Below the pieces are notes generated by a model, which did no database searches, was not told the origin of the DNA, and worked only from the letters and a program-made list of their open reading frames with translations. From the NCBI GenBank assembly GCA_947626095.1, contig CANQQV010000010.1, positions 1 through 64,000 of the forward strand: a stretch of 64,000 bases of DNA, given 5' to 3'. Shown here piece by piece: positions 1 to 10,811 of this stretch. Every line of letters begins with the position of its first letter. The stretch's first letter is position 1. The position numbers and the translations under genes were made by a program. Source of the DNA: an uncultured Bacilli bacterium. GTDB taxonomy: Bacteria > Bacillota_I > Bacilli_A > RF39 > UBA660.

Positions 1-1166
1 TCTGCTTTTGTTGAAACTACTACTTTGTAGTTACCTTCTTCTTTTACTGTGTAACCTTCTGCAACTAAATCATTAGTAGCATCGTAGTTAGCACCAGTTT
101 TAGTATTTTTAATAACTGCAACAACATTATTTAAATATTTTCCACCAGTTATAATACCTTTTTGATCAGCAATTAATTCACCAGTTTTTGCATCAAAGAA
201 TGCAGTATCTAAACTAATAGCAGCAGTATCTTTTGAGCCTTTGCTTTCATAAGTACCACCAGCTAAAACATATGTAGCTTTAGCATTTCTAAATAATAAT
301 GCATATCTATCAGTATAAGTAGCAACTAATGTACCACCATTAATAGTTAATGATGCAGTATCAGCAGTACCTTCAGTTTGAACTGCAGCTGCACTAGATG
401 TTAATGAGCCACCATTAATAGTAACTTTACCATCTGTTAGACTAATAACGTGTGAAAGTGTTGTTAAACCAGCATTAGCTTTTAATGTACCGCCATTAAT
501 AGTAAGAACCATACCATTGATAACATTAAAAGCATCACCAGTTGTAGTGAAAGTACCACCTTCAACAACAACTTCAGCAGCTGTTTCTCCATATGCAGGA
601 GCTGCAGCAACTGTTACAAGATTTTTAGCATTAACAGTACCATTTAAAGTAACTTTTGAACCAGGTTGAACATTAGCAACTGCATGTCCAGTTGCAGTTA
701 TTTCAGCATTAGCACCTATAGTTAATGTACCAACAACTTGAGCAACTAAACTATTTTTAGCATTAACTTTAGCTGCATTAATAACTAATTCGCCACCTTT
801 TGCAACAACAACTGCTTTATCAACTTCAACATTTTTACCATTAATAGTTAATTTAGCACCGTCATCAACAGTAACACCATATGATGAACTTCCTAAAGTT
901 AATTTAGTATTTTCATACATATTTACAGTCATATCGCCTTTTACGACTCTATTAGCTGTTCCACCAATTGACATATCAACATAGAATGTAACATTTCCAC
1001 CATTTGCTAGAGCGTCATTCATTGCATCTACAGCACTACCATAACCAACACCATTAACTGAAGCTTGGCATGTATTAGTAGCATCGCCAGGTTTTAGTGT
1101 ACAACCAGGTTGGGTATTTGCTGCACTAACAGTAACTACTGATAGTAATATTGCACATAGTGCAAA
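1..1166 (-). CDS. Start-less, 3'-partial reading frame of a secreted beta-helix-like surface protein (possible silent cassette or pseudogene)
   Basis: Manual translation: frame reads FALCAILLSVVTVSAANTQPG... with repeated (L/V)TINGG(T/S) motifs and runs off the window start. An in-frame TAA at 1167-1169 lies immediately before the signal-peptide h-region; first in-frame ATG is at 1022. Not in the ORF track. Confidence 0.75.
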
Positions 1167-1175
1167 TTAAAGTAT

Positions 1176-1200
1176 TAAAAAAACAAAGATTACTCTTTGT
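1176..1200 (-). terminator. Intrinsic terminator of lysS
   Basis: Minus strand ACAAAGA-GTAA-TCTTTGT hairpin overlapping the stop codon, followed by a T-run. Confidence 0.7.
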
Positions 1201-2686
1201 CTTTTGATCTATCTTTCATAGTTGGGAATAATAAGACGTCTCTGATTGATTCTTGTTCTAGGAACAACATACATAATCTATCGATTCCATATCCTATTCC
1301 ACCTGCTGGTGGCATACCATATTCTAGAGCTTCAACGAAGTCCATATCGATATCATTAGCTTCTTCGTTACCTAAATCTTTTTCTTTTAATTGTTCTTCG
1401 AATCTTTCTAATTGATCAATTGGATCATTTAACTCAGTATAAGCATTAGCAAATTCTTTACCAGCAATAAATAATTCGAAACGATCAACAAATCTTGGAT
1501 CTTCAGGATTTTTCTTTGTTAAAGGACTTATTTCAACTGGATGTCCATATAAGAATGTAGGTTGAATTAAAGTTTCTTCAACATATTTTTCAAAGAATAA
1601 ATTAATAATATGTCCTACTGTATGTTCATGTTCTTGAACTTCAATATGATGTTCTTCAGCTAGTTTTAAAGCTTCTTCAACTGTCATTTCTTTTTTGAAA
1701 TCAATACCAGTTTTTTCTTTAATAGCATCAACCATACTGATTCTCTTCCAAGGACCTTCTAGATTTATATCATAACCACTAAATTGGTAGTTCATTTTAC
1801 CTATAACGTCTCTAGCAATTGTTTGATACATGTTTTCTGTTAAATCCATCATACCTTCTAAATCACTATAAGCTAAATAAGCTTCCATTAGAGTAAATTC
1901 TGGATTATGTTTTGGATCCATTCCTTCATTCCTAAATACTCGACCGATTTCATATACAGCTTCCATACCACCTACTAATAATCTTTTTAGAGGTAATTCT
2001 AGAGCAATACGTAAGTACATATCTAAATCTTGAGTATTATGATGAGTTATAAATGGACGAGCACTAGCTCCAGTTAACAATGTTGATAATATAGGAGTTT
2101 CTACTTCAGTAAAACCTTGATTATCCATAAAGTTTTGAATACATCTAATTATTTTAGGTCTTAAGAAGGCTACTCTTTTTGAATCATCATTCATTATTAA
2201 GTCAACATAACGTCTTCTATATCTTTCTTCTATATCAGTTAAACCATGGAATTTTTCTGGTAATGGTTTTAAAGCTTTAACTAAATGAGTATATTCTAGA
2301 CATTTTATTGTTAACTCACCAGTCTTGGTCTTCATTACTTTACCATGAACACCGACGATATCACCGATATCTGCACTCTTAAATAAGTTATATGCATCTT
2401 CTCCTATATCATTAATTGAGATATAAATTTGAATGGAACCGGTTTTATCTTTGATAGTAAAGAATGATGCTTTACCCATTTTTCTAATGAACATTATTCT
2501 TCCTGCTACTGTTGCTGTATCATCCATGTTTTCAAAAGCATCGTGTTCAACATCAGCATATTTTTCTTTTAGTTCACTAGCAAAAGCATCCCTTTCAAAT
2601 CTATGACCGAATGGGTCTAGACCAAGCTCTTTTAATTTTTCAGCTTTTTCTCTTCTTACTAATTCTTGTTCTGTAAATTCGCGCAT
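1190..2686 (-). CDS. lysS: Lysine--tRNA ligase (class II)
   Basis: OB-fold N-terminus, [32 protein letters not shown] motifs; start moved to ATG 2686 after GAGGAG. Confidence 0.98.
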   Translation of the reverse strand: MREFTEQELVRREKAEKLKELGLDPFGHRFERDAFASELKEKYADVEHDAFENMDDTATVAGRIMFIRKMGKASFFTIKDKTGSIQIYISINDIGEDAYNLFKSADIGDIVGVHGKVMKTKTGELTIKCLEYTHLVKALKPLPEKFHGLTDIEERYRRRYVDLIMNDDSKRVAFLRPKIIRCIQNFMDNQGFTEVETPILSTLLTGASARPFITHHNTQDLDMYLRIALELPLKRLLVGGMEAVYEIGRVFRNEGMDPKHNPEFTLMEAYLAYSDLEGMMDLTENMYQTIARDVIGKMNYQFSGYDINLEGPWKRISMVDAIKEKTGIDFKKEMTVEEALKLAEEHHIEVQEHEHTVGHIINLFFEKYVEETLIQPTFLYGHPVEISPLTKKNPEDPRFVDRFELFIAGKEFANAYTELNDPIDQLERFEEQLKEKDLGNEEANDIDMDFVEALEYGMPPAGGIGYGIDRLCMLFLEQESIRDVLLFPTMKDRSKDKE

Positions 2687-2745
2687 AGTTTCACTCCTCT
2701 TTTTCATATTCTTTAAGTATAACATGTTTTCTTAAAAAATCAATG

Positions 2746-3711
2746 TTATACAGGCATTTCCTCGACTTCTTCAGGAATTAATTGCATCCTTAAACATTTG
2801 CAATCATCTTGACTTTTTTCTAACTCTACCATTTCACTTACTAATGAATTAAGTTCACAAACAATTGGTATATCGCCGTTAAAGAAGTCCATTAAAGTAT
2901 TAGGTATAGTATGATTAAAACCATAACTATGAATAAGTTGTTCTAATTCTTCTGGTTTTAATTGGCGAGCAAATGGCCATAAATCTAAGTAATTACCATC
3001 TTTGGCAACATATGCTGTTTTGACATAATAAATTGATTTATCACTTTTTTGCAAATTATATGAACCATTTGTAATAACGTTTACTAAACCATAATCTTTA
3101 ATGGCTGATAGTGTATAACCAAGTTCTTCACTATTAAATTCATATTTAGTAAAGTACTTAGAAGTTTTAGGCAATAAACCTTGTTTATCAGCACCATACT
3201 TACTGTATTGTTCATCAATAGCAACTACATCCATTTTTTTAGTATGAAAGCTATAGATATGTGGTTTACCATCAATTTCACGATACATCTGCTGATATCT
3301 AATATCACACAAAGTGTCATTTTCAGGATTATATTGAACATAATATACAAAGCCATCGTATCCGTCTGTATCTTCGCAAGTTAGTTTTTTAGCACCAATC
3401 ATATGCTCTTTCTTATCCTTATCGACCATATATATTAAGCCTTCATCGCTATGAAAGAAGGAATCATCACCGATTCTAATCATACCAATTGACTTATCTT
3501 CTTTTAATTGAAATGGGGTTATTGAATAATTACTGTATTCCTTTTTAATATATATACAATTATAGTTATCACAAACAATAAAACCGATATCTTTATCATC
3601 TAGGACAGCATAAACTATTAGTTCCTTATCACCAAAATATTCATAGACATGATTCATAATATTGGGGATTAATTCTACTACTTCATCACTACATCTAATT
3701 ATCTTCGCCAT
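2746..3711 (-). CDS. Hypothetical protein, paralogue of 3695..4672
   Basis: Shares GY.G...YVQYNP..D.....YQQ.......HIY.FHT and Y.L...KD.G blocks with the upstream ORF; start probably ATG 3711 (track gives 3729). Confidence 0.8.
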   Translation of the reverse strand: MAKIIRCSDEVVELIPNIMNHVYEYFGDKELIVYAVLDDKDIGFIVCDNYNCIYIKKEYSNYSITPFQLKEDKSIGMIRIGDDSFFHSDEGLIYMVDKDKKEHMIGAKKLTCEDTDGYDGFVYYVQYNPENDTLCDIRYQQMYREIDGKPHIYSFHTKKMDVVAIDEQYSKYGADKQGLLPKTSKYFTKYEFNSEELGYTLSAIKDYGLVNVITNGSYNLQKSDKSIYYVKTAYVAKDGNYLDLWPFARQLKPEELEQLIHSYGFNHTIPNTLMDFFNGDIPIVCELNSLVSEMVELEKSQDDCKCLRMQLIPEEVEEMPV

Positions 3712-4672
3712 CGTGTAATTCTTCTCCATCCATTGTAAATTTTAAAATAACAGGACTGCCATCAGTGTAGTCTTTCGTTTCTTCAATATCTTTCATAAAA
3801 TCTGCTAGTTCTTGATATTGTTTTACTTCAGGTACTTCCCCATTATGATAGTCCATTAATAGTTTAGGGATTGATGTATTAAAGCCTTGTGATTTTAAGT
3901 ATTCATTTATTTCTTCGATTTTGTATTGACTACAGAAAGGGAAAAGAGATATCGCGTGGTAATTTGGCGTTACAAATATTTCTCTATAATATCTAGTAAT
4001 ATCATAACTACCTTGCATACTTACCACATCTTGACCAATAGTTGCACCGACGCCAAAATCTTTCATCGTTGCTAATGTATAATAGGTTGGTTCATCGCGA
4101 TAATCAAATGTTCTTTTAATATATGTTTTAGAGCAAAATGGTAATTTAATTCCTTTATCTCTTAGTAGAACATGTTTTTCTATTTTAATTTGAAATGGGA
4201 CGCGAGTGTGAAATTCATATATATGTTTACTATTATCATTAATGTTTTGTTGATACATAATTATTGTACGCATATCTTTTTGGGGATTATATTGAACATA
4301 ACTAATTAAGCCGTTATATCCTTCATCATCTGGGCCATTAGGTCTTGCAAAGAAATCTAAGCATTCGGTTAATCCATCTTCACGTCTTTGAAATACTCTG
4401 CGATTACCTTGAGGATGCATTTCATAATCATCAAAAGCGACATCAGCTACTTGGTAATTATCATAAATAGTAAACATTTGGTAGCCGACAACGTTTCCAT
4501 CTAGTTCAAAAATAGTAAATAAGTTATCAACACGATGAAGAATCTTTTCTTCACCATTAATATTTATCTTGTAATAAACACCATTAACACTTTGAAATAA
4601 TTCGTAACATGCTTGAAAGATAGGTTGATATTTTTTGACATCTTCAGATGTTAATTCACCAATTGTTATCAT
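3695..4672 (-). CDS. Hypothetical protein, paralogue of 2746..3711
   Basis: 325-aa ORF with RBS-like GGTGAG; overlaps the downstream paralogue. Confidence 0.8.
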   Translation of the reverse strand: MITIGELTSEDVKKYQPIFQACYELFQSVNGVYYKININGEEKILHRVDNLFTIFELDGNVVGYQMFTIYDNYQVADVAFDDYEMHPQGNRRVFQRREDGLTECLDFFARPNGPDDEGYNGLISYVQYNPQKDMRTIIMYQQNINDNSKHIYEFHTRVPFQIKIEKHVLLRDKGIKLPFCSKTYIKRTFDYRDEPTYYTLATMKDFGVGATIGQDVVSMQGSYDITRYYREIFVTPNYHAISLFPFCSQYKIEEINEYLKSQGFNTSIPKLLMDYHNGEVPEVKQYQELADFMKDIEETKDYTDGSPVILKFTMDGEELHDGEDN

Positions 4673-4761
4673 ATTCTCACCAACTTTTAGCGTTTATTAT
4701 AACTTTTTTGGAATAATAAGACAAGAAAAAAAGACAAACTTATTAATTATTTGTCTTAAAT

Positions 4762-5088
4762 TTAAATTTCTAAATCTTTTAAAATATTTTCGGCCATGTC
4801 ATTGGCATAATTAATGGCTTGTTCTAAATTTTCTTCTTGCGCCAATTCATTTTTACTATATATGGTAATTGATTTATATAACTCTGTAAGATTATCATCA
4901 ATACTTTCGTTTATATCACGATAAAAATCACGAACTTCCATCCATTTGTAATATAATGATTTATTATGATTTTCTAAAATTTTACCTATTTCACCTAAAA
5001 TGGTATCAATTGAATTATCTTCATTAATTTTTTGGCTTTCTACTAGTGGTTCAAGACTATTTAACAATAATTCGGCAGATGACTTCAT
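4762..5088 (-). CDS. Small helical protein (B' of duplicated pair), WXG100-sized
   Basis: 108 aa; aligns by eye to 5515..5871 (M.SS.E.L, central W, QA...N..AE.ILK.L). Confidence 0.75.
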   Translation of the reverse strand: MKSSAELLLNSLEPLVESQKINEDNSIDTILGEIGKILENHNKSLYYKWMEVRDFYRDINESIDDNLTELYKSITIYSKNELAQEENLEQAINYANDMAENILKDLEI

Positions 5089-5099
5089 AATTTATACCT

Positions 5100-5414
5100 C
5101 TAATCTATACTATCATTAATTTTAGCATTAAAATTATTTAAATAATTTTTTGTTTCAGCTAATAATGAGTTATTACCTTCAATTAATTTTGTATAATATT
5201 TATTTAATGAAGAACATATTTCTTTTAAACTTTCTTGCTTATTTAAACTATAGTTACTGGATTTAAAAAAAGAATTAACAATTTCTTGATTTTGAAATAA
5301 ATTAATAAATTTATTTAGGTTTTCGTATTGTTGAACAGATTTTAGTTGAAAGTTAGCTAATAATTCGGTTAGTCTTTCTTTTTCTTCTAGTGTTAGATTA
5401 TCGATATTTTCCAT
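5100..5414 (-). CDS. Small helical protein (A' of duplicated pair)
   Basis: Start moved to ATG 5414 after GAAGGTGA; aligns to 5911..6372 (IN.F.N..IV.SF.S, KQ..LK.I....KY, L...TK). Confidence 0.75.
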   Translation of the reverse strand: MENIDNLTLEEKERLTELLANFQLKSVQQYENLNKFINLFQNQEIVNSFFKSSNYSLNKQESLKEICSSLNKYYTKLIEGNNSLLAETKNYLNNFNAKINDSID

Positions 5415-5464
5415 ACTTTCACCTTCTATAATAAGAATACAACAATACTGTTTAAAAAGTCCAT

Positions 5465-5506
5465 AAAAAAACACATATTAGACATTTAACTAATATGAGT
5501 TTTTTT
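5465..5506. terminator. Hairpin flanked by A/T runs between the two gene pairs
   Basis: AAAAAAC-ACATATTAG...CTAATATG-AGTTTTTTT inverted repeat. Confidence 0.65.
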
Positions 5507-5514
5507 ATTTATTA

Positions 5515-5871
5515 TTAAATATTATCTTCATATAAACCAAGTTCTTTTAAGATTTGTTCAGCAACTTGATTAGATTCTTCTACTGCTTGTTGTGCAGCTA
5601 GTTCAGCAGCACGAGTTTCTTCAATAAATCTATTTAAATCTGTTGATAATTCAAATGATAACGAATGGACTCCTTGTTGAATGTTTCCGAAAAATTTACT
5701 AACAACTTCCCAACCACGTCTTAAAGACTCATTTACATCTGTAAACAATTCACTTATAACTCTGGCTGCTTCTGAAGCATCACCTAAAGTTCCTACTTCA
5801 TAATCAGAATCTGAATCACGATCTAATAATAAATCAACTGCAGCTTTTAGTTGTTCAATTGATGAATCCAT
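5515..5871 (-). CDS. Small helical protein (B of duplicated pair)
   Basis: 118 aa with strong RBS AAGGAGG; amphipathic helical pattern. Confidence 0.8.
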   Translation of the reverse strand: MDSSIEQLKAAVDLLLDRDSDSDYEVGTLGDASEAARVISELFTDVNESLRRGWEVVSKFFGNIQQGVHSLSFELSTDLNRFIEETRAAELAAQQAVEESNQVAEQILKELGLYEDNI

Positions 5872-5910
5872 ATTTTCCCTCCTTTTATTGTTTTATTTTT
5901 ATTATAAATT

Positions 5911-6372
5911 TTATTTTGTAGGATTAGACTCATTACTTGCTGGCTCAAAGCCCATTCCTGTAGTATTTGAGCCTGTACTTTCTCCACCAGTAGCAAAGCC
6001 CATTCCTGTAGTATTATCACCATAAGTATTCCAACTTGTTGTATTATTTCCTGATTCAACAGCTGTTCCTTCACTAAGTCTAGTAGTACTACTATCAATG
6101 AATTTTTTTGTTTGACTAATTAAACAATAATCAGCATTACTAATTAAATCCCAATATTTTTTTACTGCTTCAGTAATGTTCTTTAGTTGATTTTGCTTTT
6201 CCTGGCCAAATTTACCAGAAGAATAAAAACTTTGAACAATAGCTTCATTGTTAAAAGAATTAATTACTGTTGTAGTATTGTTATAGTATCCTTCAATAGC
6301 TCTGCTTATTATGTTTAGTTGTCTAGTCATGACTTCTAAATCTTCGTCATTTAATATTTTGCCTGCCGCCAT
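5911..6372 (-). CDS. Small helical protein (A of duplicated pair) with low-complexity G/T/S/N tail
   Basis: Start moved to ATG 6372 after GGAAGGTGA; tail contains NTTGMGF twice. Confidence 0.8.
   Translation of the reverse strand: MAAGKILNDEDLEVMTRQLNIISRAIEGYYNNTTTVINSFNNEAIVQSFYSSGKFGQEKQNQLKNITEAVKKYWDLISNADYCLISQTKKFIDSSTTRLSEGTAVESGNNTTSWNTYGDNTTGMGFATGGESTGSNTTGMGFEPASNESNPTK
5946..6015. repeat. 22-bp direct repeat (two copies, 48-bp period) encoding NTTGMGF
   Basis: CAAAGCCCATTCCTGTAGTATT at 5946-5967 and 5994-6015. Confidence 0.9.
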
Positions 6373-6406
6373 TTTATTCACCTTCCTATTATAAAGAATA
6401 TAACAT

Positions 6407-6447
6407 AATCAAAAAAAAATCTACTATAAATGTAGATTTTTTTGATT
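6407..6447. terminator. Terminator hairpin downstream of typA
   Basis: AATCAAAAAAAAATCTAC-TATAAAT-GTAGATTTTTTTGATT inverted repeat. Confidence 0.7.
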
Positions 6448-6456
6448 TTACTTTTT

Positions 6457-8268
6457 TTATTTTCTGTTTAATCTAAATCTTTCGTCTGGATCTAAGACTT
6501 TTTTTCTTAATCTAATAGCACTTGGTGTTACTTCGACATATTCATCATCTGCAATGAATTCTAAAGCTTCTTCTAAAGTAAATGTTTTAGGTCTGATTAG
6601 GGCAATAGCTTCATCACTACCAGAAGCTCTAGTATTAGTAAGTTGTTTATTTTTACATGGATTAACGTTTAAGTCGTTATCACGGTTATTAATACCAACA
6701 ATCATACCTACATATACTTCTTCAGCAGGACCAACGATTAATGTTCCGCGATCTTGTAAGTTAAATAAAGAGAAACCTAATGTCTTACCATTTTCCATTG
6801 AAACTAGAACACCATTTTTGCGGCCATTTATTTCGCCAACATAAGGTTTATATTCATCAAAACTACGAATCATAACACCTTCACCTTTAGTATTAGTAAT
6901 GAAAGCACTACGATAACCGATTAAACCACGAGTTGGAGCACTAAATTCTAGATGAACATAATCATTTTCATCGTTATTAACAACTTCTAATGTTGCTTTT
7001 CTTTCTTGTAAATCATTAATAATTGTACCTGAGTATTCTGATGGACAATTAACAATAACTTTTTCAAATGGTTCACATTTACGGCCATCGATTTCTTTAT
7101 ATAGTACTTCTGGTTTTGAAACACTTAGTTCATAACCTTCACGACGCATGTTTTCAAGTAAGATAGATAAGTGTAATTCACCACGACCTGATACTTTATA
7201 ACCATCAGAATCTGGTAATTCTTCTACTTCAAGACCAACGTTAGTTTCTAATTCTTTTTCTAATCTTTCTTTGATATGACGATTAGTTAGGAATTTACTA
7301 GCTTTATCTTTACCAGCGAATGGACTTGAGTTAACTAAGAAATCCATACTTAGAGTTGGTTTTTCAATAATAATTGGTTCCATTGGATCAATATGGTCTT
7401 TATCACAAACAGTATCACCAATAGAAATATCTGGACAACCAGCAAAGGTTACGATATCACCGTAGAAAGCTTCATCTTTTTCAACTCTTTTAATTCCCTC
7501 TTCAACAAATAGTTTTGATATTCTAAATGAAGAGATAGAACCATCGTTACGAGCTAAAGCAACAGTCTGTCCATTTTTTATTTTACCTCTTGTTACACGG
7601 CCAATTCCTAGACGACCAATGAATGAATCATAATCTAGAGAACTTACTTGTAATTGTAATGGATCATTTTCGTTTCCTTCATATGGTTTGCATTGTTTTA
7701 AAACTGTATCTAGTAATGGAGAGATATCAGTTCCTTGTTCATCTAAAGACAACTGGGCGATACCTTCTCTAGCTGTACCATAGACAATTGGGAAATCTAA
7801 TTGTTCATCAGTAGCATTTAATTCCATAAATAGATCAAATGTCATATCAACTACAGCTTGTGGACGAGCATCTTTTTTATCTATTTTATTAATAAAGAGA
7901 ATTGGTCTTAAGTTTTGTTCTAAGGCTTTCTTTAAAACGAATCTTGTTTGAGGCATTGGGCCTTCAGCTGCATCAACTAGTAAAATAACTGTATCCACTG
8001 TTTTCATAATACGTTCTACTTCTGATGAGAAATCAGCATGTCCTGGTGTATCGACAATATTAATTTTATAATCTTTATATCTAATAGCACAGTTTTTAGA
8101 ATAGATAGTAATACCTCTTTCTCTTTCAATATCATTACTATCCATTACACAGTCAACTACTTCTTCATTTTCTCTAAAAACACCATTTTGGTTAAGTAAA
8201 GCATCAACTAGTGTACTTTTACCAGCATCAACGTGTGCCACTACCGCTATATTAATTATTTTATCCAT
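6457..8268 (-). CDS. typA: Translational GTPase TypA/BipA
   Basis: [38 protein letters not shown]-terminal VEVTP..IRLRK; start moved to 8268. Confidence 0.97.
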   Translation of the reverse strand: MDKIINIAVVAHVDAGKSTLVDALLNQNGVFRENEEVVDCVMDSNDIERERGITIYSKNCAIRYKDYKINIVDTPGHADFSSEVERIMKTVDTVILLVDAAEGPMPQTRFVLKKALEQNLRPILFINKIDKKDARPQAVVDMTFDLFMELNATDEQLDFPIVYGTAREGIAQLSLDEQGTDISPLLDTVLKQCKPYEGNENDPLQLQVSSLDYDSFIGRLGIGRVTRGKIKNGQTVALARNDGSISSFRISKLFVEEGIKRVEKDEAFYGDIVTFAGCPDISIGDTVCDKDHIDPMEPIIIEKPTLSMDFLVNSSPFAGKDKASKFLTNRHIKERLEKELETNVGLEVEELPDSDGYKVSGRGELHLSILLENMRREGYELSVSKPEVLYKEIDGRKCEPFEKVIVNCPSEYSGTIINDLQERKATLEVVNNDENDYVHLEFSAPTRGLIGYRSAFITNTKGEGVMIRSFDEYKPYVGEINGRKNGVLVSMENGKTLGFSLFNLQDRGTLIVGPAEEVYVGMIVGINNRDNDLNVNPCKNKQLTNTRASGSDEAIALIRPKTFTLEEALEFIADDEYVEVTPSAIRLRKKVLDPDERFRLNRK

Positions 8269-8439
8269 ATAACTTCCCCACTTCTTTTTAAAATCCAAGC
8301 TACACAATACCACATTTTAACTTAAAAGACAAGTTTATTTATGGATTATTGGGATTATTTAACACTTAATTTCCTTTTATGATTTATTTTAAAAGATATT
8401 TATTTGTTTTCATAAAAAGAAGAGCCTTTTAAACTCTTC

Positions 8440-10809
8440 TTAGTTTCTTAATTTAGCATTCATTTTGGTTTCTACTTCACTGATTATCTTGTTGAAGATT
8501 TCCATTACTTCATCATCTAATAAAGTCTTAGTATTATCTTTGAAGGTTAGTTTATAAGCAATTGATTTTTTACCTTCTTCAATATTTTCGTATAAGTCAA
8601 AGACTTCAATAGTATCTAGTAAACGACCACCAGCTTTTTTAATTACTGATTTAATATCTTCACTTAAGATGTTGTTATCAACAACGAATGCAACATCTTT
8701 AACTATTTCTGGATACTTAGAAGCTTCTTTATATTTAATAGGTTTGATTGCTTTATTATATAGAGTAGTTAATGATAATTCAGCTACATATATTTCATCT
8801 TTTTTATAATTTGGATGAACACGACCGATAATACCTATTTCATCACGGTCAACTAATACTTTAGCTGCAATACCAGGATGAAGGTCAGTTACATCATTAA
8901 CGGCTTCAAATGTATATCTATTTTTAAATCCTAAGTAATTAAGTAAGTTTTCAACAACACCTTTTAAGCAATAGAAATCACATTTTATAATATTATGTTG
9001 CCATTCATTAGTTAGGTAATTACCTTTCATTAAGATAGCTACTTTAGTATCTTCATTATAATTTATATCGTATGTTTTAGCTATTTCATATAACATAATA
9101 TCTTTAACATGACGAGCTTTATTATAATCATAGACATTTAGTAATGATGGTAATATTGTTTTACGAATTATTGATTTATCAATACTCATTGGATTAGGTA
9201 AAACGATATTTTCTTTGTTTTCATAATTGAAATGGCTAGCCATATCTGGAGAAGTTAAAGTATAAGTTTTAGTTTCGTTAATACCTAAAGTTCTTAATCT
9301 TTTAGAGGTTTCTTTTCTTATTTTTACGTCACCAACATAGACACCTTTTCTTGTAGGTACTAAAGGTAGTGTAGATACTAAGTTTTCATAACCATATAGA
9401 CGACCGATTTCTTCAGCGATATCATTAACATTCGGATCAATATCTAGTCTTCTTCTTGGAATAGTAACAGTAAATGTATCTTTAGTTAATTTATATGGGA
9501 AACCTAAACGATTAAGTTCAGTTTCAACATCTGTATCAGTTAGTTCTAGGCCTAGTAAAGTAGATACTTCTTTAGTTTTAAATTTAACTACTTTTTCAGT
9601 TTTATCTACTTTATCATGAACGGCACGACCACTTAAAACTGTAGCATTAGCATATTTTTCTAGTAAGTAGCAAGCACGATTTAAAGCAGCATCAGTATAT
9701 TCGTATGATAAACCTTTGCCATAACGGATAGAAGCTTCGCTTTTTAAATCTAGACGACTAGATGTATATCTGATACTTACTGAATCAAAGATAGCACTTT
9801 CAATTAAGATATCTTTAGTGGTTTCATCAACATCAGTATTTTCACCACCCATAACACCGGCGATACATACTGGCTTTTTACCATCAGTTATGACGATATC
9901 AGTATCTTTTAAGATTCTTGTTTGACCATCTAAAGTAATTATTTCTTCGTTTTCTTTAGCATTACGAACTAAGATATTATCACCTAGTTTGTCTTTATCA
10001 AAGAAGTGAAGAGGTTGACCATATTCTAACATGACGTAGTTAGAGATATCGACAACATTATTTATTGGACGCATACCAGCAGCAATAAGTCTTTTTTTCA
10101 TGAAGTCAGGTGATTCTTTTATTTCAACACCTTTAACCATTTTTGCTGTATAGTATGGACATTTATCAGTATCAACTTTTAATTTAATATGTTTATTAAC
10201 ATCATCAGATATTTCTTTATAGTTACTTTCTGGTAATGTAACTGGTTTATTTAAGATACTAGCTATTTCATAAGCAAAACCAATGTGATAATAGCAATCG
10301 TTATTACGATGTTTATGAACATCTAATTCATATAAGGTATCATCAGTACCTAAGTAGATATTAGCATCAGTACCTGGTTTTAGATCAGTATCTAATACTT
10401 CAATACCTTTAGCATATGTTTCATCATTTTTTTCTTCTAAACCTAGTTCAAATAAGGCACATATCATACCATTTGATTCTTGACCACGAATTTTACCAGC
10501 TTTGATTTCAAAATCACCAGGTAGGATACAACCAGGTAAAGCTACTAAGACTTTTATACCTTTTTTAACGTTAGGAGCGCCACAAACGATTTGAACTGTT
10601 TTATCACCAACATCTACTAAACATAAATGTAAGTGATCACTATCTGGATGATCGGTACATTCAAGGATTTGACCAATAACTAAGTTTTCAATACGACTAT
10701 CAACGACTTTTTCAACATTAACACCAGCTTTAGTTATTTTAACTGCTAGTTCATGAAGATCTTCGTTTTTGATATCAACGTAATCTTTAACCCAATTTAA
10801 ACTTATCAT
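8440..10809 (-). CDS. pheT: Phenylalanine--tRNA ligase beta subunit
   Basis: IVCGAPN, RG..S.GMIC, INNVVDISNYVMLE.GQPLH motifs; FDX-ACB C-terminus. Confidence 0.97.
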   Translation of the reverse strand: MISLNWVKDYVDIKNEDLHELAVKITKAGVNVEKVVDSRIENLVIGQILECTDHPDSDHLHLCLVDVGDKTVQIVCGAPNVKKGIKVLVALPGCILPGDFEIKAGKIRGQESNGMICALFELGLEEKNDETYAKGIEVLDTDLKPGTDANIYLGTDDTLYELDVHKHRNNDCYYHIGFAYEIASILNKPVTLPESNYKEISDDVNKHIKLKVDTDKCPYYTAKMVKGVEIKESPDFMKKRLIAAGMRPINNVVDISNYVMLEYGQPLHFFDKDKLGDNILVRNAKENEEIITLDGQTRILKDTDIVITDGKKPVCIAGVMGGENTDVDETTKDILIESAIFDSVSIRYTSSRLDLKSEASIRYGKGLSYEYTDAALNRACYLLEKYANATVLSGRAVHDKVDKTEKVVKFKTKEVSTLLGLELTDTDVETELNRLGFPYKLTKDTFTVTIPRRRLDIDPNVNDIAEEIGRLYGYENLVSTLPLVPTRKGVYVGDVKIRKETSKRLRTLGINETKTYTLTSPDMASHFNYENKENIVLPNPMSIDKSIIRKTILPSLLNVYDYNKARHVKDIMLYEIAKTYDINYNEDTKVAILMKGNYLTNEWQHNIIKCDFYCLKGVVENLLNYLGFKNRYTFEAVNDVTDLHPGIAAKVLVDRDEIGIIGRVHPNYKKDEIYVAELSLTTLYNKAIKPIKYKEASKYPEIVKDVAFVVDNNILSEDIKSVIKKAGGRLLDTIEVFDLYENIEEGKKSIAYKLTFKDNTKTLLDDEVMEIFNKIISEVETKMNAKLRN

Positions 10810-10811
10810 TA

